A DNA stretch of 64,000 nucleotides, taken from NCBI RefSeq assembly GCF_000281045.1, contig NW_008246104.1, positions 222,557 through 286,556 on the forward strand, read 5' to 3'. Below are positions 36,256-46,986 of the stretch, one piece after another. Source of the DNA: Saprolegnia diclina VS20 (lineage: Eukaryota). The notes under the pieces were generated by a model. It was not told where the DNA came from and did not search any database. It saw nothing but the letters and a program-made list of their open reading frames with translations. Both the position numbers and the translations under genes were made by a program. Position 1 is the first letter of the stretch, and each line of letters opens with the position of its first letter.

Positions 36256-38237
36256 GAAGCGGGAAATTCACAAGTAATTGCCGGCCTTGCGTGGTCCGTG
36301 GCGCTGACCGCCTAATGTTCGCATTGGGTAGTCCCGCGTCCGCAACGAAGGTTGCAGCGCCGGAGGACGACGATTGGTCCAAATTCCAAACGGAGCTTCG
36401 ACAGCGCGCCACGATTGCAACTTCGAGTCCCATAGCCGCACAAACAATTGCAGAAGAGTAGTGCGCCGTACGACGTACGCGTACATTCGACGATTCGAAA
36501 ATTGTATTCGTGACCGAATGTATGGGGTTGTCGGCGTACATTCTGGTCGAACTTTTGGCCACGGCGGGACGACCGGGACAACACCACTAGTGTTCCTTTC
36601 GAGGGTGCTGGCGCTAAACGCAGCGAGAGATTCGACGGCGCTTACTGCATTCATCTCGTTGCGATGGTCGTGATAATGTTGTTTTCTAATTCAACAATAA
36701 GGCTAGGATGGAGTGATAGAAGAGCGCTGTAGGCCGTCACAGCAATATGCTAACGTTATGTCATCGCAGCGTGTATCACAACGAATGGCCCACACGCCTC
36801 GACGCTCGTGAAACGACTCCTCCTGTTTGGATGCTGACACCGTTGACGGAATAAAACCAACGCAGAGAATTGCGTCGACACGGAGCCGTCGAGGACTAAT
36901 GGCTCAACGTACTAGTACACAAAATTTGTGTACTTTGAGCCATGGGTCCTCGACGGTCCGTGTCTGCAGGGATTGCAACACACAGGTGCATATATATAGA
37001 TGAATAAATTCTATGAGCAATACGGTCGTATTCGTTCGTGGCGCCTCTTGCTCAAGCATCAAGAGGTCGTCTCGATTGTGTTGGTGTCTTGCTGCACTGG
37101 CTTTTGCAGAACGGAAGCAAAATAAAAAAAGGTTTCGAGTTTCTCTTCGAAGCACACCAGTACCTGGGGTTAGAGACCATCGCCATTCAGGGCCGTGTTC
37201 CTCCCACTACCAAGAGCGAGTGCTTTTCCCTGCTCTGTTATCCAGCCTGAGGCGTTGCACACTTCCTTAGAAACCTCGGACAGCGATCCATCCGGATACT
37301 GCCCAATGTTTACTCCTGGTTTGGGATGGGCTACCCCTCCACATGGCGTGGATAGATCCCTGACTACAGTGACATACCCCTTGAAGAACTCTACCCAGCC
37401 AGAAGCTTGCTGTCACAAGTTGCCGCCACGCAACCCGGTAATAAAATCGTGTGTGCAGGGGTACCACTGATATTGCATGAGACCCACATCGAACCTCTCT
37501 GCCGCCCAGTATTTGAAATATATACATTTTACAAAGACTTCGCAAACGTAGAGACTAGTAATTTCCTTCTTTTTTATTCGCTCGCCGCGCCGTGAATGCG
37601 TAAGCGGGGGCGCATCTTGCACTAGTGTCGTCACCGGGGAAGTTTGCGGCCGCGGGTGGAGACGACAAGCTCTGTAAATTTCGCATTGTACGACGCTCGA
37701 GTGGGGCAATAGACGACTTGATTGACCGCTAGCCATTGGGAGTGGCGTGGTGGGTTAGGATCGACAAGCTAACATGTAAATGCAAAATAACTATCCAATC
37801 TACACTCTTCGCGTCCATCCGGACGGCAAAAACTCAACTTCCTTGCTGCGCGTGGAAGTTCCACGGCCTTGCTGCTTCGATCCCGCCAAAAAGCGGCAAC
37901 CGTTCAAGCGTAGGAATGGCTCTATTCGACAGCCGACCCTGGTTGCGGTCGCTCTTCCGTCGTTTCCTTCATTAGTCCTCGATTCGAGTCTGAGCCCTGT
38001 GTATATCAACGGGATTCACAATATTTCAACCTATTCATTTATTCATATATATCCATGCATCCAGCAGGCGCATCCAGCCTAAGAAAATGAAGTCTTCTTT
38101 ACCCGTGTGCCGTTTGCGGGTCGTCCGGTGCAGCACAGACCAAGACAAGAGGCATTCACAATGCATGTTGTAGCCATTACACTTCTTCCATGCTAGTTCG
38201 TGCCGAGCGATTTGCCGGTAGATGATTCGGCTCTTTG

Positions 38238-40233
38238 TTAGCCACAGCCACCACCACCATCACCGCAGCTACCGCCGCCGCCGTCTCCGCAACTACCGCC
38301 ACCGCCGCCGTCTCCGCAACTACCGCCACCGCCGCCGCCACAACCCGTCGAACAGCCACCTGCCGCGCAACCACCGACCGCGCAGCCACCCGACGCACAG
38401 CCACCGTCGCCCGCAAACGTGCCACAGCCGCCGTACGCCTCGCCCGAGACGCCGCAGCCGCCGCCGACGCCGTAGTAGCCAAAGCCGCCACAGCCGCCCA
38501 CGTACATGTAGGGCATGTAGTAGTACGGCAGTCCAGCGTCGTACATGAGGACCGTGTGGCGCGAGTACGGCTGGCGCACGCGACCGTCAATGACCGGCGT
38601 GCCAATCACCGTGACGTAGACGGGCAGCGGCGCGTCGGCCTCGGGCTTGGTCGCGTTGGCGTCATTGACGGCGACCGCATACGGCATGGCGTCGACNNNN
38701 NNNNNNNNNNNNNNNNNNNNNNNNNNNNNNNNNNNNNNNNNNNNNNNNNNNNNNNNNNNNNNNNNNNNNNNNNNNNNNNNNNNNNNNNNNNNNNNNNNNN
38801 NNNNNNNNNNNNNNNNNNNNNNNNNNNNNNNNNNNNNNNNNNNNNNNNNNNNNNNNNNNNNNNNNNNNNNNNNNNNNNNNNNNNNNNNNNNNNNNNNNNN
38901 NNNNNNNNNNNNNNNNNNNNNNNNNNNNNNNNNNNNNNNNNNNNNNNNNNNNNNNNNNNNNNNNNNNNNNNNNNNNNNNNNNNNNNNNNNNNNNNNNNNN
39001 NNNNNNNNNNNNNNNNNNNNNNNNNNNNNNNNNNNNGCGGTCCTTGACCGTCATGAGGTGCATAAACTTGTCGTAGCGCGTGATCGACGCAGTGATCACA
39101 TCGGGATGCGTCCAGTACTCGAAATGCGGGCACATCTTGTTGACAAAATCGAGCTGCCGGAACATGCCTTGGACCAAGTCGAGGTGGAAGCGCCCGAGAA
39201 CGTTCTGACGGTACGCCTTGACCGCCGCTTGGATCGTGAGCCGCATGATCGAGACGCCCTCGCGACTTATCATCGAGGCACCGGCAGCGATTTTGCGCCG
39301 CAGGCGCCGTAGGAACGTCGTCCACGAGCCATCATCGGGCACGTTTGGCACGGCCACGACGAACTTGTTTGCGACATTTTGCAGCGTGGAGTGGACCGTG
39401 AACAACGGGTGCTTGGCCACGAACGCCGCGAGGTTGAACGTCTCGTAGAGGACGCCCCGGCCGCACGACGGACAGTTGATGGCTTGGCTCCGGATGTGCA
39501 TGAGGTACACCGTGGGCAAGGGCAGCGCCGCGCCGCACGATACATGAGGGCAGCGCGTGAGAGTGTCAACGAGCGGGCTTCCGGCCTTGAGGCCCTTGCT
39601 GTACAAAACGGGATGCAGCAAATGCACAGTGTGCGCAAAGCTGCCCAAGGCGCCGTTGCCGTAGTCGCGCTCGAGGCTCAAGAAGAGCTCGTAGAGACTG
39701 TCGACATCCGGGAGGCCGGCGACGACGTCGTACACTTCCTTCATGTCGAGCATGTGCTCCGTGACTTGTTGGATCGAGACGTTGGAGGGCTTGACCCTGA
39801 ACTTGCCTTCGAGCGCCTTCTTCTCGTTGATGGCGGCAGCGACCGAGAGAAAGGAGTCCCACGTGTCCTTGGTCTCGACCGCCCACGTGCCCGAGACGAC
39901 CGACTTTTCCAAGTGCGACAAAAAGTCGTCACGCGCCGATGACGTGGGCGCGTTAAGCGTCACCTTGACCTTGCCGTTCTCGACGAGCTGAAACGGGAAG
40001 AAGCGACTTGCATCAAGCGGCTCGAGCAGCCGCACCGTGCAGTAGGTCGTGTTGCACGCAAACTTGAGCTTCTCGCCGTCCATGACCTCGAGGGTTTGAC
40101 CCGTGAGCACCACTTGGCGCGCCGCCCACTTGGTGACCATGAGGACACGCTCCTTGACCTCGAGGTTCACTTCGTACATGGCCACGAGAGTGGACTCGGC
40201 GCGGGTGAGTGTCATCGGGGTTTCTTGGCCCAT
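38238..40233 (-). CDS. PH-like + Zn-ribbon + DUF1399 (GRDP-like) protein with Gly/Cys tail, copy A (spans a gap)
   Basis: MGQETPMTLTRAES..., CPHVSC...CPSC, LDLVQGMFRQLDFVNKM...RYDKFMHLM, then gap, then GGCGG-rich tail. Collinear with complete copy B. Confidence 0.85.
38697..39036. other. Assembly gap inside copy A
   Basis: Run of n. Confidence 1.
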
Positions 40234-41080
40234 GCTGCAAGTTGCCAAGTGGCGCTGGACACAAGTGCAATAGTGCAATACGGCAAGCCAATCAGTCAAG
40301 CAGACATGACACGATCGCACCAATCAACGCGCTCCAATCTTCGATTGACATCCGTAAGATCACCAAAGGCTCCGCAGGATCACGACGCGCCAAGCGGGCA
40401 GCTCCTCGGCCTAAGTTGACTCTGCAAACGACCAAGAAAAACACTTCCGAGCACTGTACAGGTCTCCTGGAAGCTTTGCCCGGAATGCACGTCTGCATGT
40501 GACGTTCGTACGCATCGACAAATATTTCCCCAGCCCCGACAAGTGGCTTTGATCAACGACCGAATGAGACGCAAGCAGCCGGCGTTGTTCGTAAGAAGTT
40601 GGCAGCCACCGCTTTTCGGCGCCTTTGAACCCGTGATAGCCACCGACTCTAGAAGGTTTCGAGAATCGGCGCACGAAACACAGGAACCAAATGCACCATC
40701 GTCGACTTGTGTAGGAGACGATCCCATCGTACAAAGACCCGACGGCACGCGATCGGTAATTGCAGCTGGAGGATACACCCAATTTTTAAACGCTGGCGAT
40801 GTGTGCGCTTGAGGTTCTCAGGTGCGCTTGAGGTTCTCAGCACCAAAGACGCACGTGCAATGGGGAGCCAAGAAGTGACAACTGCGAGCTACCATTGCGT
40901 GACGATGCACTTGATTGGCCAAGACTCCATACTTCTGCAGCACTTAGGACTTGATGAGCAAATGTTCAAAAATTCCAAAAGAAGTATCGCGTTGCCATCA
41001 CGTCACTCCGACACGGACGCAAACGTAAACGTAGTGCATTAGATCTTAGATCGATTCTCTCAATTATTGGCACTTGGATC

Positions 41081-43090
41081 TTAGCCGCTGGCGCAACCGC
41101 CGCCGCCGCCGCAGCCACCACCACTGCCACAGCCGCCGCCGCCGCCAGCACAGCCACCGGCGCCCGCAAACGTGCCACAGCCGCCGGTCACACCGGCGCA
41201 GCCACTGCCGATGACGCCACAGCCGCCATGCATGCCAAAGTAGCCGTAGCCGCCGCAGCCACCGACAAACATAAAGGGCATGTAGTAGTACGGGAGGCCG
41301 CCGTCAAACATCATCATCGACTGCACCGAGTACGGCATGCGGACGCGCCCATCCATGACGGGCGTGCCAATGACCGTGATGTAAATCGGGACCGCTTCGA
41401 GCACATTCTCGGGCTTGACTGCGTTGGCCTCGGCCACCGCCGTGGCGTACGGGAGCGCCTCGACGACGCAGGTTTCGTTGACGCCGTAGAACCGGTTGTT
41501 CTTGGAGGGCACGTTGCCGTGCTTGGCCCACTTCTTCCGCAGCACGTGGCGCGTGATCGGGTCGGGCGACGACGACGCGATCCATGCCTCGTAGCTCGGC
41601 GGAAAGCTCGAGTACGCCTCGCCAAACGTCTGCGACCAGAGCACAAACGTATCGGCATATCCCTTCGCGAGATCGCCGCCAGGAATCGTGTCGTCGTGGT
41701 CGATGATCATCTTGCTCTTGTTGACGCTGCGCGAGTAGTCGCGGTACGGGCGACCGGTGGTCTGGTGGGCGTGCCACACGAGGTCAATGTCGGACGTGGG
41801 CACGAGCATGGTGACCATTTGCCCGATAGCGTCCGTCTCGATCTTGCCCATGAGGGACAGAAACTGCTCGTAGCGAAAAATCGACGCGGTAATGACCTCG
41901 GGGTGCATCCAATACTCCGTGTGGGGCACCATCTTGTTGACAAAGTCGAGCTGCCGGAACATGCCTTGGACCAAGTCGATATTGAACGCGCCAATCGGAA
42001 GCTGGAGCGTCTTGCGCGCCATGTCGGTGACGCTCAAGCGCAGCACGCGCGACGCGTACATGGTGCCGTCTTCGCAGCGCAAGAGCATGTCGATCAAGAG
42101 GTCAAAGAACGTCTCGAAGCGGCCATCGTCCGGAATCTCGGGCGGCGTAAACACCATCGTGCTTGTCCCCGTCATCGTCGAGTACTTTGTGAGGACAGCC
42201 GGTGTCGCATCGAGAAAGTCGAGGATCTTGTACGTCTCGTAGTAGAGCGGGCGGTTGCAGGCGGGGCACACACCGGGCTGCTGCAAAATGTGCAGGCCAA
42301 ACGACATGCGCAACGGGAGTGGCGCGCGGCAGTTGCGGTGCGCACAGTGCGTGATGATGTCGCCAATCGCCGAGCAAAACGAACGCTGCTTCTTCCCCTC
42401 GGCGTAGCAGATCGGGTGCAGCTGGTGCACAGTCTGCGCAAAGTTGCCGGCGCGCGCTTCGCCCTTGACGTACTCGCGCTCTTGGTCGAGAAAGAACGCG
42501 TAGAGCTCGTCAATAGTGGCAAAGCTGCCCGCGACGTTGTAGATGTGCACCATCTCTTGGAAATGGCGCTGAACGAGCGCCACGCTCACATTGCTCTTGG
42601 GGACGCTGGTGTATTTGGCCTTGGCCTCGTTGATGCGGCGCGCCACCGACAAAAAGTTGTCCCAATGGTTGGTCGGCGACTCCCACGCGACACCGGCGGC
42701 TGCAGCTTCAATACGCCGCAAGAGCTCGTCGCGCGCGGTGGCCGTTTGTGCGTTGAAGAGAGCTTTGGTCTTGCCGTGCTCGAGGAGCTCGAACGGAAAC
42801 GCCCGCTTGGCATCGATGGCGGGCAGCACGCGCGTCGTGCAGTTGGTCGTGTTGCAAGCAAACTTGAGCTTGTTGCCGTCGAGAATCTCGAGCGTTTGGG
42901 TCGTCAGCGCAATCTGCCGCGTGGTCCACGTCGCGAGGAAAAGCTTGGACTCCTTGACCTCCATGTCGACAACGTACGAGAGATCGTCGGCAGACAATGC
43001 CGTTGGCGGTGCGGCCGCGCCGTCCAGTGCCTTGGTCGGCACGGGCACGGCCAGCGGCGCTGCAGCGGGAGTCGGGTCGTTCTTGCCCAT
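41081..43090 (-). CDS. PH-like + Zn-ribbon + DUF1399 (GRDP-like) protein with Gly/Cys tail, copy B (complete, intronless)
   Basis: PH-like N-domain (WTTRQIAL...FPFEL...FNAQTATARDELLRRI); CAHRNC...CPAC; DUF1399 core IDLVQGMFRQLDF...RYEQF...LVPTSDIDLVWHAHQ...IIDHDD...TFVLWSQTFGEAY; GGCG tail. Confidence 0.9.
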   Translation of the reverse strand: MGKNDPTPAAAPLAVPVPTKALDGAAAPPTALSADDLSYVVDMEVKESKLFLATWTTRQIALTTQTLEILDGNKLKFACNTTNCTTRVLPAIDAKRAFPFELLEHGKTKALFNAQTATARDELLRRIEAAAAGVAWESPTNHWDNFLSVARRINEAKAKYTSVPKSNVSVALVQRHFQEMVHIYNVAGSFATIDELYAFFLDQEREYVKGEARAGNFAQTVHQLHPICYAEGKKQRSFCSAIGDIITHCAHRNCRAPLPLRMSFGLHILQQPGVCPACNRPLYYETYKILDFLDATPAVLTKYSTMTGTSTMVFTPPEIPDDGRFETFFDLLIDMLLRCEDGTMYASRVLRLSVTDMARKTLQLPIGAFNIDLVQGMFRQLDFVNKMVPHTEYWMHPEVITASIFRYEQFLSLMGKIETDAIGQMVTMLVPTSDIDLVWHAHQTTGRPYRDYSRSVNKSKMIIDHDDTIPGGDLAKGYADTFVLWSQTFGEAYSSFPPSYEAWIASSSPDPITRHVLRKKWAKHGNVPSKNNRFYGVNETCVVEALPYATAVAEANAVKPENVLEAVPIYITVIGTPVMDGRVRMPYSVQSMMMFDGGLPYYYMPFMFVGGCGGYGYFGMHGGCGVIGSGCAGVTGGCGTFAGAGGCAGGGGGCGSGGGCGGGGGCASG

Positions 43091-43893
43091 GGCGTGTTCA
43101 ATCGTAAAATGAACAGACCTCGATCTTGGATTCGACCAAGGAACCACGAACGAGTGTCACTGCAAAACATATGGCGGCGCCGTCTGATGTCGAGGGGCTG
43201 CCCATCCGCAACAATCGCACACGCCTTGAAACAAAAACACAGTCGCCCCGGCCATGGCAGCCACTCTTCCACACCGCGTCTGTGGTGTTGGGTACCATCA
43301 TAGCAACGCACTATAGCAGCGTGAGCATCTCTACGAAGCCAGCCATGAAGCAGTGGGTTGTTCTTCGCAGCAGGATCACAAATCAGATCGACGAGTGGCC
43401 TCGTCACATGTGGACACGACGTCACACTCGAAAAGACTGGTGTCCAACCCCAAAGTCCACTGCAGCCATGAGGAGGCGTGATAGGGACGAATGACCCTCT
43501 GGACAATCGTGTCCAACGCATGCTGTTCCCACAAGCAAATTCAGCTGCGTCCCACGCCTGCGGCCGAATTTCCGGCGTTGAAGCAGTCGTTCTGTACGTA
43601 CCTCTCGCGCAGACTCGCCAACAACGAGGTCATGCCGGTCGTGTCCACCCCAAGTGTTTACCTGGGTTGGTGGGGACAAAGACACACAAGGGGGGCGTCG
43701 GAAGGTGACTTTGCACCCTGTCACCGACACGTTCCATCGCTCGGTACTGGTGCTCTACCGGTACTGGCACTCGACCCAACTGCCGTCTGCACTCGATGAG
43801 GAATATGAGCTGGCTCATGCCTTCATTCCTAACTTTAAGATAAAACGCACACATTGTCAATTAGAGTATGAATTACGACGTGCATACTGTTGA

Positions 43894-46800
43894 TTAGCAC
43901 GTGCCAGTGCCCGCAACGGTCGACGCGAGGTACTGCCGACCGAGCGCTTGGACGTGGTCGTACCACGGCGAGCTGCCGGGGTACTGCTTGACGATCGCGC
44001 TATGGAGTGCCCACCAAATGTTGCGCTGCTCGGTCAAGCTCGGGTCGACCATGTTGATCGAGTCGAGCCAGTGCTGGTAGCCCCAGAAGAAGTTGCGCGT
44101 CACGCACTTGTTGAGCGTCGCGTCGGCCGTTAGCCCGTCACTGACGAGCTGCCCGGTCATCGCGTGGAGCACGTGGTCGACGTCGGCAAACTGCTGCGAA
44201 TTGACCACGACGTTGCTGAAACCCTTGGCTTCGAGCTTGACGATCGCCATGACCGTCGTTCGGAGCGCGGCGACGTTGGCATACGACTCACTCGACTTGT
44301 CGACGGGCGACGTCTTCTTGGTCGGCAGCGAGGTCATACCGCCCTCGGGAAGCCGCAAAAAGTAGTGGATCGCGTTGCCCATGACAACCTTGGTGATGAC
44401 GTGGCCGTTGACCGTGACGGTCGTCGAGGTCCGGACAGGCGAGTACAGGCCAAAGAGCTTGACGAACGTCTGCGCCGACGCCAACGTGCCGAGCTCGCGC
44501 GCCTGCCACCAGCCGTTGGTCGCTCCGGCGTCGCCCGCCGAGGTGTAGATCATGACGATCTTGGCGCTCGGGTTGCGGAAGCTGTCGTAGAGCTTGGCCG
44601 ACATGAAGAGTTCGTGGTCGTCCTGGTGCGCATTGATATAAAGGTCCACAGACGTCGGCGCCGCCACCGCCGTAGGTAGCGTCGTGGGCACGACCCACCC
44701 GACCGTCGTCGAGGCTGCGTACGTGGCCAGGTAGAGGACGCAGCTCTTGCTCGCCGTGTCGAACGCCGCACCGATGCAGCCCGAGCTCGACGGCACGCAG
44801 AGCTTTTGGCACTCGGTGCCAGAGGTCGCCGCGACTGTCGTCGTCGCACCGGCCGGCAGCGCTTGGCCCGCAAGAACAAGCGGTGACGTCGGGTAGTTGT
44901 ACAGATACAAGGTCGTTGTGGCCGATGCTTTTGGCAGCGTCACGAGCAAGCACGCGCTCGCGCTCGTATCAAACGTGAAGAGCGACACCTTTTTGCTGAG
45001 GGCTGCAGACGCGCACGCGGCGACCGTCTTGGAGGTGCTGGAAGCCGCAGTTGTCGCACCCGTCAGCGGCACGGTCCGCTGCGTCATGGTGACATACTGC
45101 ATCGAGCCAGGCACTTCATTCCACTTGATTGGGTCATGGACCCAGCCCGCGATGACACCGACCTTGGACGATGCGGGGCCGAAGTAGGTACACGTGGTCC
45201 CCGCAAAGGTCACCGTCGCACACGTGGCGAGGTTGCCGCACGCCGCTTGGCACGCTGCGAGGGACGCCGTTGACGTGTTGGTGCCAAGGACAAAGTCTGA
45301 GGAAGGGACCTGCGTGAGCACCTTGGCGGGCTGCGACGGATGCAGTGCGTACGAGACCGTGGCCGACATGAAGTTGTGGACGACGCAGATCTGGGTGGAC
45401 GTCACGTACGTGAAGAAGTTGTAGCCCGTGCTGCTCGACATGACGGCGCACTCGCCCATCGACTGCACGAGCGGGAAGTAGTACGTGTTGGTCGTCGCTT
45501 CGAGCAGCGGCTGGGGCGTCGCCACGTGCATCGCCTCCATCTCTTCGGGGGTCGGCAGCGGGAACTTCTGAAAAATATCGACGCCACCGACCGAGCCCTC
45601 TTCTGTCAACGGCACCCATTGCGAGTTGGGGACGTACGCGAACGCTGTCGTCGGCGACGGGTACGCGCCGTAGGCACCGGCAACGACCTTGGACGCTGCC
45701 GACGGCGGTGTCACCGGCGGCGGCTTGACCTTGCGGACAATCGCGCCGGCGAAGGACCCGGGCGCCGACACGGTCGGGCTCTTGGCGTTCTTGAGGTAGC
45801 AGGTGCCGCCGTCGTCAGTGCTCCAGACGTACACGGTGCAGTCGGTGTTGTCGGCGCAGTCTTGGCAGCAGTCGCTCCACTGGGTGCGGTACGTCTGAGC
45901 GACGTCGTTGCCCGGGTAATCAATGTCCTTTGGGAGCGCATCGCACGTCGCGGGGTTGGCCACCGGCAGCACAGACGCCTGCATGCCCGTCGTCGGCACC
46001 AAGGTACCGCCTGCCGTCTTGAGGTAGCAGACGCCGCCCGCCGAGTCGAAGACAAACGCACGGCAGCCGGGCGTGCCAGTGCAGTCGGCGCAGCAGCTTT
46101 CCGCCGCCGACTGGAACGTCGACGTGAGGTCGTTGCCTTCAATGTCCATGTTGTTGGCGATCGGGTTGCAGCCGACCATCGTCGGTGGCGGCGGGATCCG
46201 CGACGGGATCGTCGACGCCCGGGCACCCGGGTACGAAGAGACCGCGCCCTTGCCGCTCTTGAGGATGCAGTAGCCTGCCGGGTTCCACACAAACGCCTTG
46301 CAGTTGAGGTTGGCGTAGCAGTCGTCGCAGCAGGCTTCGGCCGTCGCCTGCGTCGTCTGCGAAATGTCAAACCCCGGGTAATCGGTGTTGTCCAGGATCG
46401 GTGCGCATGTGCCCGGCGGCGCCGTTGGCCCCGGCGCCGGTGCCGGCGTCGGTGCGGGCGTCGGAGCCGCCGTCGAATTGGCCGGCACAAAGCTCGACGC
46501 GATCGCGCCGGGGTACGTGCCCTTGGCGCCGCCACCCGACTTGAGGATGCAGTCGCCGCCAAAGTAGACAAAGCGTGCGCAGCCCGGTGTCGCCTCGCAG
46601 TCGTTGCAGCAGAGGCCAATCGATGCGCGCTGAGTCCGGCCGAGGTCGTTGCCAGGATAGTCCGTGTTGGCTTCCGTCACGGGGCACGAGCCTGTGAGCG
46701 GCGGCGTCAGAATCGACGCGCGGGCGCCGGTGTACGGGGAGCTAAAGCTAGCGCCGCTCTTGAGGAGGCAGACGCCGCCGTTACGAGCGACCCACACGTA

Positions 46801-46986
46801 GGCCTTGCAGCCTTGCGTGGCGACACAGTCGGCGCAGCAACCGTCGGCGGTCGGGCGAGCCGTCGTGCTGAGGTCATTCCCGGGCAGATCCGTGTTTTCA
46901 ATAATCGCCGAACACGTCGACGTGGCAGCCGAGACGACGGCGACCGTCGTCGCCAGCAGCGCAAAGTACGTTGCGAGCATGCGCAT
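43894..46986 (-). CDS. Secreted multi-PAN/apple-domain protein with C-terminal PIG-L/LmbE-like deacetylase domain
   Basis: Signal peptide MRMLATYFALLATTVAVVSA; five NTD(Y/L)PGND...CC..C...C..F/YVW...C.LK-type PAN_4 units plus degenerate ones; C-terminal AHQDD...YTSAGDAG...ARE...DHVLH. Intronless. Confidence 0.88.
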   Translation of the reverse strand: MRMLATYFALLATTVAVVSAATSTCSAIIENTDLPGNDLSTTARPTADGCCADCVATQGCKAYVWVARNGGVCLLKSGASFSSPYTGARASILTPPLTGSCPVTEANTDYPGNDLGRTQRASIGLCCNDCEATPGCARFVYFGGDCILKSGGGAKGTYPGAIASSFVPANSTAAPTPAPTPAPAPGPTAPPGTCAPILDNTDYPGFDISQTTQATAEACCDDCYANLNCKAFVWNPAGYCILKSGKGAVSSYPGARASTIPSRIPPPPTMVGCNPIANNMDIEGNDLTSTFQSAAESCCADCTGTPGCRAFVFDSAGGVCYLKTAGGTLVPTTGMQASVLPVANPATCDALPKDIDYPGNDVAQTYRTQWSDCCQDCADNTDCTVYVWSTDDGGTCYLKNAKSPTVSAPGSFAGAIVRKVKPPPVTPPSAASKVVAGAYGAYPSPTTAFAYVPNSQWVPLTEEGSVGGVDIFQKFPLPTPEEMEAMHVATPQPLLEATTNTYYFPLVQSMGECAVMSSSTGYNFFTYVTSTQICVVHNFMSATVSYALHPSQPAKVLTQVPSSDFVLGTNTSTASLAACQAACGNLATCATVTFAGTTCTYFGPASSKVGVIAGWVHDPIKWNEVPGSMQYVTMTQRTVPLTGATTAASSTSKTVAACASAALSKKVSLFTFDTSASACLLVTLPKASATTTLYLYNYPTSPLVLAGQALPAGATTTVAATSGTECQKLCVPSSSGCIGAAFDTASKSCVLYLATYAASTTVGWVVPTTLPTAVAAPTSVDLYINAHQDDHELFMSAKLYDSFRNPSAKIVMIYTSAGDAGATNGWWQARELGTLASAQTFVKLFGLYSPVRTSTTVTVNGHVITKVVMGNAIHYFLRLPEGGMTSLPTKKTSPVDKSSESYANVAALRTTVMAIVKLEAKGFSNVVVNSQQFADVDHVLHAMTGQLVSDGLTADATLNKCVTRNFFWGYQHWLDSINMVDPSLTEQRNIWWALHSAIVKQYPGSSPWYDHVQALGRQYLASTVAGTGTC

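Noticed and set aside
41228..43303. 691-aa plus-strand ORF (also 45340-47205, 54296-55807, 16485-17393)
   Set aside because: Antisense shadows of real genes, caused by high third-position GC.
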